From Vulcanimicrobiota bacterium (GTDB taxonomy: Bacteria; Vulcanimicrobiota; Xenobia; Xenobiales; JADMJV01), in contig JAEXNA010000085.1 in the NCBI GenBank assembly GCA_023447635.1, positions 200-64,199 on the forward strand: a stretch of 64,000 nt of DNA. The letters run 5' to 3'. A program made the position numbers and the translations under genes. The notes under the pieces were generated by a model. It did not search any database and was not told where the DNA came from. It saw nothing but the letters and a program-made list of their open reading frames with translations. Positions 55,562 to 64,000 of this stretch are shown here, piece after piece. Numbering within the stretch: position 1 is the stretch's first letter; every line of letters begins with the position of its first letter.

Positions 55562-57220
55562 CTAGGGCGTCGGGACCGACCAGGGCAGGGGGTCCGCGTC
55601 ACAGCCGCCGGGCGGGGTTAGCCCCAGAGTCAGGCAGATGGTGCTGACCAGTTGACGGGGCGAGCAGGTTCGCCCGTCGACGCCGCGCTGCGACCAGCCG
55701 TACATCAAAAGCGGAACGTGCGAGTCGTCGTTCCAGGGGGTGCCGTGGTTGGTGCCTCCGGGCTTTTGGAATCCCAACTGGTAGTTCGGCCTCCAAACCA
55801 TCGAGAGGTCGCCGGTGCGACCGGGAAACAGGCTGCGGGCGGCTTTGTCTTCCCAGGAGGTGCCGCGATGTTCTCCCCTGGCCAGAAGCTCGCTGTCGAG
55901 CACCGTCAGCATCCCCTCCGTGGCCAGAATCTCTTCCTTCAGAGCGGCCAGCATAGCGGGTTTGTCCGCCTCTTTGCCAGGCGCTGTCGTGACGAAGATA
56001 TAGGGGTCGGTGATGTCGAGTTTGTAGCCTGACCATTGTTTCGCCAGACGCGCTTCGAGTCGAGCCCGAAACGGCGTGGAAGGAACCTGAGCGGCGTTGG
56101 TACGTAGCTCTTGGAGCCGGGTGGCCAGTGGGGTGATGCCGTGGTCGGCGGTCAGGACCACCAGGCAGTTGCTCAAGCCGACCTTCTTTTCCAGTCCACT
56201 GAGCAGTTTGGCGATCTCGCGGTCGATCTGAAGCAGGGTCTCCAGCGCCTCGGGAGAGTCGGGTCCAAAAGAGTGTCCGACGCGGTCGAGGGTGGCTACG
56301 CCCACGTACAGCAGGTCGGTGGGGCCCTCTTTGCCGAGTTCGTAGAAGTCGACCGACTGCAAAGCTAGATCGACGGTCGAACTCAGACCCCACGGAGTGT
56401 GAGTCCAGGCCACGTAAAAGTCTTCGCTGGGGCCTTCGGGGTGCCCGCCGTCAATCTTGTGAGGAAACGCTTCGCCCAGCCCCGCGTAGTAGGCAGCGAC
56501 GCCCTCCGAGCCTGTCGAAATCGAAGCAGGGATGGGAGTGGGAAGCAGTTCGGGAGTCCACTCTTTGGCAAAGTCCTGATCGGGGTGATGGGCCCTGTTC
56601 CACTCTTCGACGAAAGGCGGGAGGCTGCCGTCGGGAGCGTAGTGACGGCTGGTCACCCAGTTCCCGCTCTCTTCATCGAACCACAGGGAAGCATCGGCCG
56701 AGGTGCCGCCGAGCAGGACGGCCGTGCGGTCTTTCAAGGCGACGGCCACCACCTTGGACTGCCCCCCCGTGGCCTCTTTCAAGGTGTCGCCCAGGGTTGG
56801 AGCCGTCAGATCGCGAGGCGAGTAGCCGGGGCTACCCTTCTTGCCTCCGACCAGAGGAGAGTCGGGATCCCAGCCTGCGTCACTGAGCTTTCCGTCGCCC
56901 AGTCGCTTCCAGCGGTTTCCGACAACGCCGTGAACCGAAGGGAGCGCCCCGGTCGAAATCGCCGAGTGGCCTACGGCCGTGTGGGTAGGGAAGTGGTCGT
57001 GGAAAGCTCTCTGATGCTCGATGCCAAACTGAGAAAGTCGGCGCAGGCCTCCCTGTTCCGGGCCCAGGTACAACGAGCGGTAGCGTTCTAGCTGGTCCTG
57101 TCGCATCTGGTCGACAACCACAACCACGACCAACTTCTTGTCGGTCTTACCGGGAGCGGCGGGCAGGGCCTGGCACGATAAGGTGAGCAGGCAGAGAAAC
57201 GGGATCATTCGGCGCATCAT
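55562..57220 (-). CDS. Secreted alkaline-phosphatase-superfamily enzyme (nucleotide pyrophosphatase/phosphodiesterase or PafA-like)
   Basis: Signal peptide MMRRMIPFLCLLTLSCQALPA. Metal/nucleophile motifs VVVVVDQMRQD, HSAISTGALPSVHGV, DRVGHSFGP and LTADHG. Confidence 0.75.
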   Translation of the reverse strand: MMRRMIPFLCLLTLSCQALPAAPGKTDKKLVVVVVVDQMRQDQLERYRSLYLGPEQGGLRRLSQFGIEHQRAFHDHFPTHTAVGHSAISTGALPSVHGVVGNRWKRLGDGKLSDAGWDPDSPLVGGKKGSPGYSPRDLTAPTLGDTLKEATGGQSKVVAVALKDRTAVLLGGTSADASLWFDEESGNWVTSRHYAPDGSLPPFVEEWNRAHHPDQDFAKEWTPELLPTPIPASISTGSEGVAAYYAGLGEAFPHKIDGGHPEGPSEDFYVAWTHTPWGLSSTVDLALQSVDFYELGKEGPTDLLYVGVATLDRVGHSFGPDSPEALETLLQIDREIAKLLSGLEKKVGLSNCLVVLTADHGITPLATRLQELRTNAAQVPSTPFRARLEARLAKQWSGYKLDITDPYIFVTTAPGKEADKPAMLAALKEEILATEGMLTVLDSELLARGEHRGTSWEDKAARSLFPGRTGDLSMVWRPNYQLGFQKPGGTNHGTPWNDDSHVPLLMYGWSQRGVDGRTCSPRQLVSTICLTLGLTPPGGCDADPLPWSVPTP

Positions 57221-57306
57221 CGTCCTTGGGGTTGCCGTGAGGAGGGGAGGATCCCTGCCTGCAGCCCTGATCAGGGGGAGGTAAGGCGCCAGGGGAGGAA
57301 GCCGGA

Positions 57307-58689
57307 TTGGTGAGGGAGAGTGTGTCGTGGGCCGAACGGTTGGTGGCGCGTCCTGGTTTTGACCTGGCCGTGTTGGGGCTGATCATCGTGTCGGTGGTCC
57401 TGCTCTGCTTAGAGATCGCCCACCCGATCGGCGACCCGACGCACGAGAAGCTAGCCTTCGTCAGCAACATCATTACCGCCATCTTTGTGCTCGAACTGGG
57501 GATTCGCTACCAGGCCAGTCGACGCAAGCGTCGTTTTCTGAGGGAGTACTGGATCGACATCCTGGCCGTGCTTCCGTTGTTCCGCGCCTTGCGTTTTCTG
57601 AGGCTTTTGCGCCTCTTGCGGCTGTTCCGAGCGGTTAACCTGGTGACTCGGCAGACCCGGCTGTTCGAATGGCTGTTTCGCAAGCGCGTCACAGAGTATC
57701 TGTTTATCGTGCTCCTGCTGCTGTTCGCGACGCTTTTCGGAACGCTGGGATTGGCCCATTTCCATGTAGCGGGTGGGGCCGGCTGGGGTTTGTTGGAGCG
57801 CTCGTTCTGGGAGACCCTGTTTACCCTGGTGGCCGGCGAGCCGATCACCGAATTTCCCGGGACTCTGGGCGGGAGGGTGGTCATTCTCCTGGTTCAGCTC
57901 AGCGGGCTGACGTTCTTTGCGCTGCTGACCGGTACGGTGTCGGCGGTCATGATTGAAAAAGTGAGAGAGGGTACCGTGTTTCAGCAGATTTTGCTCGAGG
58001 ATCTCGAGAACCATATCTTGATATGTGGCTTCAATGCCGGCGTCGAGACGGTCGTTGGCGAGTTGCAGAACCACCCCGACTTTCGCGACCGCGAGATCGT
58101 GGTGATCAGCGAGCGGGAAGAGCTTCCCCAACTCGATGTGCCGTTCCCTAGCCGAGTGCGCTCGGTCAAAGAAGATTTCACCAGGGTCGAAGTGCTGAAG
58201 AAGTGCAACGTCGAGCGCTGCGCCGTGGCCGTGATCGTATCCGAGATAACCCATAACCGGTCGCGCCAGGACGCGGATGCTCGAACCGTTCTGGCCGCCC
58301 TGACCATCGAAAAGCTCAAGCCGGGAGTTCATACCTGCGCCGAGCTTTCTAACGCTCAGAGCGAACCGCACCTTCGTATGGGCGGGGTCAACGAAGTGAT
58401 CGTGACCCGCAATATCGCCGGTCATCTTCTAGCCCAGGCCGCCATGTATTCGGCCAACGTCCATTTACTGCAGGAGTTGCTCAAGCCGACTTCCGGTAAT
58501 ACCTTACAGCCGATGGAGGTCCCTTCGGAGTTGGTAGGCACGGGGTTCTCGACCGCGTTGGCCACCATGCACTCGGAGCACGGGATCATTTTGATGGCGG
58601 TCGAGAAAAGCAGCGGTGAGGTTCTGCTGAACCCCAGGGAGTACACCCTGGCCGAAGGCGATCGCCTGATCTGCGTGGCGGCCGGTTAG
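57307..58689 (+). CDS. Voltage-sensor-containing 6TM ion channel with C-terminal RCK/TrkA domains and a non-canonical pore
   Basis: S4 helix LRFLRLLRLLRLFRAV. The pore region SFWETLFTLVAGEPITEFPG occupies the place of TVGYGD. An RCK-like Rossmann start ILICGFNAGVETVV follows, plus a TrkA_C-like end (LAEGDRLICVA). Confidence 0.75.
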   Translation: MVRESVSWAERLVARPGFDLAVLGLIIVSVVLLCLEIAHPIGDPTHEKLAFVSNIITAIFVLELGIRYQASRRKRRFLREYWIDILAVLPLFRALRFLRLLRLLRLFRAVNLVTRQTRLFEWLFRKRVTEYLFIVLLLLFATLFGTLGLAHFHVAGGAGWGLLERSFWETLFTLVAGEPITEFPGTLGGRVVILLVQLSGLTFFALLTGTVSAVMIEKVREGTVFQQILLEDLENHILICGFNAGVETVVGELQNHPDFRDREIVVISEREELPQLDVPFPSRVRSVKEDFTRVEVLKKCNVERCAVAVIVSEITHNRSRQDADARTVLAALTIEKLKPGVHTCAELSNAQSEPHLRMGGVNEVIVTRNIAGHLLAQAAMYSANVHLLQELLKPTSGNTLQPMEVPSELVGTGFSTALATMHSEHGIILMAVEKSSGEVLLNPREYTLAEGDRLICVAAG

Positions 58690-59024
58690 CCGGCTAGCGG
58701 GGTCTCCGGTTGGTGGACGAGTTCTAGCAGTTCCGGTTTCCCGGTCAGACCTTCGTGGCGGGCCACCAGAACACCGGATCGAAATAGGCAAAGCGAGGGG
58801 TTCCGGGTCACCGAGTAGGTGCGAGCCAGGTCGGGTTCATCTTCGACGTTGACCTTACCGAGCGCGACGCTGTCCCCCCATTCGGGCGCCAGTTCCAGCA
58901 AGAGGCGCTCGAGCTTTTTGCACGGGGCGCACCAGTCGGTGCCGAAGTGAACCAGAAGAGGGGCCGCCGTGCTGCTCACGGCTTCCTGGAAGGTGAGAGA
59001 GGTGAACTCTCGGAGTCTAGGCAT
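58686..59024 (-). CDS. trxA: Thioredoxin
   Basis: Active site WCAPC in LVHFGTDWCAPCKKL. 112 aa. Confidence 0.85.
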   Translation of the reverse strand: MPRLREFTSLTFQEAVSSTAAPLLVHFGTDWCAPCKKLERLLLELAPEWGDSVALGKVNVEDEPDLARTYSVTRNPSLCLFRSGVLVARHEGLTGKPELLELVHQPETPLAG

Positions 59025-59094
59025 GTCGACTTGTCTTCCCCCTCCGCTCGGGAATCCTTTCCGATTGGATAAGAAAGCCGTGCCGGCGACGTTA

Positions 59095-59565
59095 CTAGTC
59101 GATCCAGAGGTTGCCGAGAAAGACGGTGTCTTGCTCGCGATAAGAGAGCCCGGTAGCGCCCATTTGCGCCAGCGTGGGCCCGATGGGAGGATGGAAGGTC
59201 AGGTCGGCCACCTGCGAGATCGGAATCCAGGCTACGTCGGTGATCCGCTCTTCTTTCAGGAGAGCGGTCGGAGCGCAGCCCAGGCGTCGGGCGCTGAACA
59301 CCAGGTGTAACAGATGGCGTGCGCCGTCAGGCGCCACCGTCTCGCTGGCCAGCAGAAGGTGACCGATTTCGGCCTCCACGCCGGTCTCTTCGAGCAGTTC
59401 CCGACGAGCCGCCTCTTTGACGCCCTCGCCCCACTCGAGGCCGCCTCCCGGCAGCAGCCAGTACTTGTGGTCGCCTTTGGAGTGTTCGACCAGAAGGAGG
59501 CGGTCGTCTTCACACAGGGCCACGGCCACACGGATGCGGGGCCGGCTTCGGGATTGCGCTGTCAT
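59095..59565 (-). CDS. NUDIX hydrolase
   Basis: Nudix box LPGGGLEWGEGVKEAARRELLEETGV. Confidence 0.8.
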   Translation of the reverse strand: MTAQSRSRPRIRVAVALCEDDRLLLVEHSKGDHKYWLLPGGGLEWGEGVKEAARRELLEETGVEAEIGHLLLASETVAPDGARHLLHLVFSARRLGCAPTALLKEERITDVAWIPISQVADLTFHPPIGPTLAQMGATGLSYREQDTVFLGNLWID

Positions 59566-59718
59566 GGCCCGCCTTCTTCCCCAAGCGTCTAGCGCTCCCT
59601 GCCCGGGGATGGGGAGTAGGGAGAGGGATAAGCGAGTTCTATCCGAGAGTGGCTCCGAAGGTCTTCGTAGCTGGACTACCTTGAACGAATACAGTCATGA
59701 GCAAGGAGGCAATTCAAT

Positions 59719-59973
59719 ATGCTCACTATGGAGAAGACCGAACTGACGACCTGGATGGAAAAGGCGTTCCGCGGCGATCTGCCGGAAGAGGTCGAGATGT
59801 TGCTGCGGCAACGAGAAACCGATTTTAACATCCTGACCGAGATGATGACCCAGTGGCCGGCTTCGATCAAGGAGCCGATGGACCACCTGGTCCGGCTGCA
59901 GCAGGCCGACACCCAGTTGATGTACGCCGTCATCGAGAAACTCTTCACTCGCCATCTCGAGTCCCATCCCTAG
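59719..59973 (+). CDS. Small hypothetical helical protein (84 aa)
   Basis: The ATG lies 8 nt after AAGGAGG, and a terminator follows. No motif recognised. Confidence 0.45.
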   Translation: MLTMEKTELTTWMEKAFRGDLPEEVEMLLRQRETDFNILTEMMTQWPASIKEPMDHLVRLQQADTQLMYAVIEKLFTRHLESHP

Positions 59974-60010
59974 ACCTAGAGTTCCCGGAGAGCCGAGAGT
60001 CCAGAAGCAG

Positions 60011-60039
60011 AAAAAGGCGCCCCAGAGGGGGCGCCTTTT
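60011..60039. terminator. Bidirectional rho-independent terminator between 59719..59973 (+) and rplL (-)
   Basis: AAAAA GGCGCCCC agag GGGGCGCC TTTT. Confidence 0.75.
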
Positions 60040-60058
60040 CCAAGAGCGGAAGCTCAGG

Positions 60059-60442
60059 CTACTTGATGGTGACCTGGGCGCCGACTTCTTCGAACTGAGC
60101 CTTGATCTTCGCAGCTTCGTCCTTGGAGACGGCTTCTTTGAGGATCGAGGGAGCTCCATCGACCAGGTCCTTGGCTTCTTTCAGGCCCAGGTTGGTGACG
60201 GCGCGGACGACTTTGATCACGGGGATCTTGTTTCCGCCAGCGTTGGTGAGCTCGACGTTGAACTCGGTCTTCTCTTCTTCAGCGGCGGCAGCGCCACCAC
60301 CAGCAGCCGGGGCGGCCACGGCCACGGGAGCGGCAGCGGACACACCGAGTTTCTCCTCGAGCTCCTTGACGATGTCGGCAGCTTCGAGCAGGGTCAGATT
60401 GCAGATAGCCTCGATGAGGTCAGCTTTCTCGACTTTAGCCAT
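60059..60442 (-). CDS. rplL: 50S ribosomal protein L7/L12
   Basis: N-terminal dimerisation helix, Ala/Gly/Glu hinge and conserved C-terminal domain ([23 protein letters not shown]...[10 protein letters not shown]). Confidence 0.95.
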   Translation of the reverse strand: MAKVEKADLIEAICNLTLLEAADIVKELEEKLGVSAAAPVAVAAPAAGGGAAAAEEEKTEFNVELTNAGGNKIPVIKVVRAVTNLGLKEAKDLVDGAPSILKEAVSKDEAAKIKAQFEEVGAQVTIK

Positions 60443-60460
60443 GATTGTTTCTCCTTGAGA

Positions 60461-61039
60461 TTACTCGGCTGCCGCGGGGGCGGCGCCTTCTTCTTGTTTC
60501 ACGCGCCAAGCTTCGAGAAGCTGGACGACTTGTCGACTGTTGCCGTTCATCGCACCCATGATGTTGCGGTGCGAGGAGAGCATCAGTCCCAGAATCTGCT
60601 GTTGCAGTTGCGGCAGTGTCGGCAGATCGGCGAGGGCCTTGAGATCCTTCGGATCCAGAACCTTACCGTTCATGTAACCGGCGTGCGGCTTAGGAACGCC
60701 CTTGGCCTTCAATTCGTTGGCATAATCAAGGACGGTCTTAGCGACCGCGGCCGGGTCATCGTAACCGAAAGCAATGGCCATGGGGCCTTTGAGATGACTG
60801 TCCAGACCCTCGTAGCCGAGTTCCTTGGCGGCCTTGGCTACCAGGGTGTTTTTGACGACGCGGTATTCGCCGCCAACGGCACGCAGCTTCTTGCGAAGTG
60901 CGGAGATCTCTTTCACGGTCATTCCCGACCCGTCGCCACGGTAATCGGTTAGGATCGCGACACTCGAGCGCTCCAGGCGATCCCTGAGTTGATTCAGGAA
61001 TTCGCCCTTGCGCTCCATCTGTTCGGCATGAGTTTTCAT
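60461..61039 (-). CDS. rplJ: 50S ribosomal protein L10
   Basis: L10-like sequence (SVAILTDYRG.MTVKEISALRKKLR...YRVVKNTL). It lies immediately upstream of rplL with an 18-nt gap. Confidence 0.9.
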   Translation of the reverse strand: MKTHAEQMERKGEFLNQLRDRLERSSVAILTDYRGDGSGMTVKEISALRKKLRAVGGEYRVVKNTLVAKAAKELGYEGLDSHLKGPMAIAFGYDDPAAVAKTVLDYANELKAKGVPKPHAGYMNGKVLDPKDLKALADLPTLPQLQQQILGLMLSSHRNIMGAMNGNSRQVVQLLEAWRVKQEEGAAPAAAE

Positions 61040-61292
61040 CGCGTTCCTCCGTTAAAATTTTGGAGAACTTGCTCCTTTTTGGGGAGCCCGCCAGAAACGA
61101 AGTGGGCCCGTCCACCATAGACGGGCCCGCTTGCACTCCCTTTGTGGGGGAGAACATCTCCAGAGGACCTCGGCGGGAGATTAAGGAGCCTGAGCTCCAC
61201 CCGCTGTCTACGGTGTTTGGCTTGTGTGACGAGTCGCGACCTGCCGGTCGTGACTCCGAAAAACCCGTGAGGGCCCTCCAGAGGAATCTAGC
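61040..61292 (-). promoter_or_regulatory. Long 5' leader of rplJ-rplL (candidate L10 autoregulatory leader)
   Basis: About 250 nt lie between the predicted transcription start (just downstream of the TATAAT at 61299-61304) and the rplJ ATG. The region is non-coding and GC-rich with several self-complementary stretches. Assignment as an L10 leader rests on position only. Confidence 0.45.
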
Positions 61293-61298
61293 GGTCGG

Positions 61299-61328
61299 AT
61301 TATAGACAGCCAGGCGACCCGGTGTCAA
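61299..61328 (-). promoter_or_regulatory. Consensus sigma70-type promoter of rplJ-rplL
   Basis: The minus strand reads TTGACA (61328-61323), an 18-nt spacer, then TATAAT (61304-61299). The -35 hexamer forms the loop of the hairpin GACCCGG TTGACA CCGGGTC just after the scpB stop. Confidence 0.6.
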
Positions 61329-61346
61329 CCGGGTCTCCGAATTTTT

Positions 61347-62051
61347 CTAAAACTCCAGCTCTTCGAGGCTGGTTTTGGGGTTGTCTCCCCGGATTTTGCT
61401 CAGCAAACGGGCCAGGCCCGTAGACGGTCCGCTGATGTCTTCGGCCAGCGCCTGCATCTCGCGAGAGCGGATCGGCTTCTCTTCTTCCATCGACTCTTCC
61501 AGCGAGAACGAGGGCACGTCGCCGTCGGCTTCGTCCCAGGCAAGCTCGGGAAGTTGGCCGACGTCGGACAGTCCGAAATGCTCCAGGAAAAGCTCGGTGG
61601 TCGAGAACTCGAAGGGGCGGCCGGGAAGCTCGGAGCGTCCCGACTGGGCCACGAGCTCGAGGTCGACGAGTTGGGCCAGGGTGCGGTCCGAGTTGATGCC
61701 TCGGGCGTCCTCGAGCTGGGCACGAGTCACCGGCTGCTTGTAGGCCACGATGGCCAGCACTTCCATCTGAGCCCGGGATAGGCGTTTTTTGTTCTGCACC
61801 TGCAAGATCCGCTCGATGTACGGCGCCACGTCGCTACGAGTCATAATCTGGTAGGCTCCGGCCACTTTGCGCACTTCCAGGGCGCGGTCGCGCAACTGGC
61901 GGCGAAGGCGGTCGATGAACCGCTCGGTATCGTCGGTGTCCCAGCCGCCGGCTTCGGCGATCTCTTCGAGGTGAAGCGCTCCTGGGGCTGCAAACAGCAT
62001 GGCTTCGATGGCCTTTTCCGGGGCGATTTCGTCTTTGCTTCTGCCAAACAT
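61347..62051 (-). CDS. scpB: Segregation and condensation protein B
   Basis: ScpB winged-helix repeats (IEAMLFAA..., SRAQMEVLAIVAYKQPVTRAQLEDARG). Directly downstream of scpA. Confidence 0.85.
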   Translation of the reverse strand: MFGRSKDEIAPEKAIEAMLFAAPGALHLEEIAEAGGWDTDDTERFIDRLRRQLRDRALEVRKVAGAYQIMTRSDVAPYIERILQVQNKKRLSRAQMEVLAIVAYKQPVTRAQLEDARGINSDRTLAQLVDLELVAQSGRSELPGRPFEFSTTELFLEHFGLSDVGQLPELAWDEADGDVPSFSLEESMEEEKPIRSREMQALAEDISGPSTGLARLLSKIRGDNPKTSLEELEF

Positions 62052-62063
62052 AGCGTGTTCTTT

Positions 62064-62843
62064 CTAATTCAAGCTGACCGGAGCCACGGGGTACGCGGAT
62101 TCGGCGGTTTCGCGCATCTCACACTCGAGTTCGCTGCGATAGTTGTCCTGGTAGAGAATGACTCGGTCGCGTCGGGCCATCTCTAGCAGAGCCAGAAAGG
62201 TGACCACGACCAACCCTTTACGGTCGCCTTCGCGACGCAGCAGTTCGGAAAAGGTCACCCGGCGGCGTTCGCCACGAAGATGGCTCCAGATCTCTTCGAC
62301 GCGTTCGGGCACAGAGAGCTCGACTTTGCGGTAGCCGATCGGCTCTTTGAAAGGCTTGCGGGGGCGCAGGATACGCAGCGCCGCCAGGTGCAAGGAGCGT
62401 CGGGAAACGTTCAGCAACGGGCTCTCGGGTTCGCTCAGGCCGCTGGGGTGGGGGTAGCGAGCCAGGCTCTGAGATTCGCGGTCAGCCAGCCAGTTGGCGG
62501 CTTTCTTCAGGCGCTGGTACTCGCGCAGGCGGGCGACCAGGTCATCCTCGCCCGGCTCGTCGTCGTAGCCCATCATCATACCGTCATCTTCGGGTTCGAT
62601 GACAGGAAGCAGCAACCGGGACTTCAACTCGAGAAGCTGAGCAAACACCACCAGGTAAGAGCTCTCGATCTCGACATCGAGGTTGCCCAGCAACTCCAGG
62701 TATTCCCGATACTGGCCGGTCACCTGAGACAGCGAGACCTCGGTGATGTCGAGTTCGGAGCCTTCGACAAGGCTCAGCAGCAGGTCGAGCGGTCCTTCGA
62801 AAAAGGGCAGTTGAACCTTGTATTTGACGTCTTCGGCTTCCAT
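62064..62843 (-). CDS. scpA: Segregation and condensation protein A (kleisin)
   Basis: N-terminus MEAEDVKYKVQLPFFEGPLDLLLSLVEGSELDITEVSLSQVT is typical of ScpA. The ATG at 62843 overlaps the upstream TAA (TAATG). The ORF extension to 63038 is rejected. Confidence 0.85.
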   Translation of the reverse strand: MEAEDVKYKVQLPFFEGPLDLLLSLVEGSELDITEVSLSQVTGQYREYLELLGNLDVEIESSYLVVFAQLLELKSRLLLPVIEPEDDGMMMGYDDEPGEDDLVARLREYQRLKKAANWLADRESQSLARYPHPSGLSEPESPLLNVSRRSLHLAALRILRPRKPFKEPIGYRKVELSVPERVEEIWSHLRGERRRVTFSELLRREGDRKGLVVVTFLALLEMARRDRVILYQDNYRSELECEMRETAESAYPVAPVSLN

Positions 62844-63511
62844 TACTTCACTCCCAACAGAAAACCGAGCACGGTTTGGTTCGCCACGTAGAGCAACTTC
62901 TGGCCACCCAGCCACATCAGCACCAGCAGTCCGACCAGAGACCAGATCCCCATCCTGGCTTCCATCCGGCGCATCTGCTCGGTCATCGCCTCGGGCAGCG
63001 CCGCGCCCAGAATTTTCCAGCCGTCCAGGGGCGGCCACGGGATCAGGTTGAACAGTCCAAAACCGACGTTGGCCATCACCATGCGGACCAGCACCACCTC
63101 GAGCGGAGTGCCCCCGAAGACGCCCGTCAGGTACAGCATCGAGCAGGGGATGGCGAAGGCGAAGTTGATGAACGGGCCCGCGGCGGCAACCAGAGCCGTG
63201 TCCAGAGAGCGGCTTTTAAAATTGTCCGAGTTGATAGGCACGGGCTTGGCCCATCCCATGATCAGGGTTCCCTTGGACATGATGTAGGTCAGCGTCAGAG
63301 CGATGGCGCCCATCGGCTCGAAGTGGACCAGTGGGTTCAGGGTCAAACGCCCATCATACTTGGCGGTAGGGTCGCCTAGCTGATAGGCCATCCAGGCGTG
63401 CGCGAACTCGTGGATGAGCAGCGCAAAGGCTAGGCACAATAGGCCGATGGCTATGGCGACGGGATCCACCCCCGGAGATTGGCGTTTCCTTGACAGCAAT
63501 CCTCTCGCCAT
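62843..63511 (-). CDS. Site-2 protease family (M50) zinc metalloprotease
   Basis: HExxH within a TM helix (LLIHEFAHAWMA). Polytopic protein of 222 aa. Confidence 0.8.
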   Translation of the reverse strand: MARGLLSRKRQSPGVDPVAIAIGLLCLAFALLIHEFAHAWMAYQLGDPTAKYDGRLTLNPLVHFEPMGAIALTLTYIMSKGTLIMGWAKPVPINSDNFKSRSLDTALVAAAGPFINFAFAIPCSMLYLTGVFGGTPLEVVLVRMVMANVGFGLFNLIPWPPLDGWKILGAALPEAMTEQMRRMEARMGIWSLVGLLVLMWLGGQKLLYVANQTVLGFLLGVK

Positions 63512-63576
63512 GCTGAGAAATTCTCAAGGGGAGGGGGCTCTTTCCTCGAGTTCATGGCGCTTTGCCCCCGGCCTGG

Positions 63577-64000
63577 TCAGGAGATGGCAAGGAGGAAGAG
63601 GTCGTTGAGGTTCAGGCCGGACGGTCCGGTGCGCAGCAGCGAGCCTGGCAAAGCTTCCAAAAGTCCGCTGCTGTCGTGTCGAGCGAGCCTTTTCTCCGCA
63701 CCCTCCTCTCCCCAAGCCTGGAGGAGTGCCGACCAGGTCTCTCCGTCGACTACGGCGCCCGCGTAAGGGGTTGGACCGTCCTGACCGTCGGATCCGGCCG
63801 CTAGCAGACTGATGCCGGACTCGCCCGCGATAGCTCGGGCAAAGTGAACGGCGAGTTCCTGGCAGCGTCCGCCGCGACCCGTTGCCTTGACTCGAAGTCG
63901 GACGGTGGGTTCGCCGGTGGCCACCAGGACTGTTTTTACACCCTGAGCCTTCAGGCGTCGGGCTAGCGCAGCCCAAGAACGAGCCAGTTCTTCGATATCG
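63577..64000 (-). CDS. Glycerate 2-kinase / hydroxypyruvate reductase (MOFRL family), 3' part only; the gene continues past the window edge
   Basis: VLVATGEPTVRLRVKATGRGGRCQE and LLAAGSDGQDGPTPYAGAVV are MOFRL-domain hallmarks. The frame stays open to position 64000. Confidence 0.7.
   Translation of the reverse strand, partial: DIEELARSWAALARRLKAQGVKTVLVATGEPTVRLRVKATGRGGRCQELAVHFARAIAGESGISLLAAGSDGQDGPTPYAGAVVDGETWSALLQAWGEEGAEKRLARHDSSGLLEALPGSLLRTGPSGLNLNDLFLLAIS

Noticed and set aside
62844-63038. An N-terminal extension of the ScpA ORF, and the alternative-frame ORFs 62876..63379 and 63524..63976.
   Set aside because: The ScpA consensus starts at MEAEDVKYKVQLPFFEGPLDLL (ATG 62843, in a TAATG overlap with the M50 gene stop). 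The extension overlaps the M50 protease coding region, and the other ORFs are Arg/Gly/Pro-rich noise.

Overview
This is a visibly GC-rich bacterial chromosomal segment. Strong third-position GC bias produces many long spurious antisense ORFs. I call about 60 protein genes. By eye I found no rRNA, tRNA, CRISPR array, transposase, integrase or reverse transcriptase. Most of the window is housekeeping: hemW, hpt, rpmA-obg, nth, ispH, a RumA-type rRNA methyltransferase, fbp, a PIN-PhoH ATPase, an aldehyde dehydrogenase, argH, hrpB, an acyl-CoA dehydrogenase, thioredoxin, rplJ-rplL, scpA-scpB and an M50 protease. Several clean rho-independent, often bidirectional, terminators are visible, as are two near-consensus sigma70-type promoters upstream of rpmA and rplJ. 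The accessory-looking content is as follows. (1) A minor-pseudopilin operon (PilX/GspK-like, GspJ/PilW-like, GspI/PilV-like) whose last member is fused to a C-terminal class I cytochrome c domain, divergently paired with a lipoprotein cytochrome c. This is my best candidate for something undescribed. (2) An orphan pilC/gspF gene interrupted by one in-frame TAG. (3) A 1049-aa patatin-like phospholipase with a large unknown N-terminal region. (4) Two subtilases, an M15-like peptidase and a gluzincin-like protein, none with a recognisable Sec/Tat leader. (5) A ynbA/ynbB-like CDP-alcohol transferase, CdsA paralogue and acyltransferase lipid operon. (6) A Nudix-MBL fusion. (7) A voltage-sensor plus RCK channel lacking the K+ selectivity signature. 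(8) An L27 gene with a Firmicute-style N-terminal extension but no adjacent rplU or prp. All functional calls rest on motifs I recognised in the supplied translations. No database search was run.
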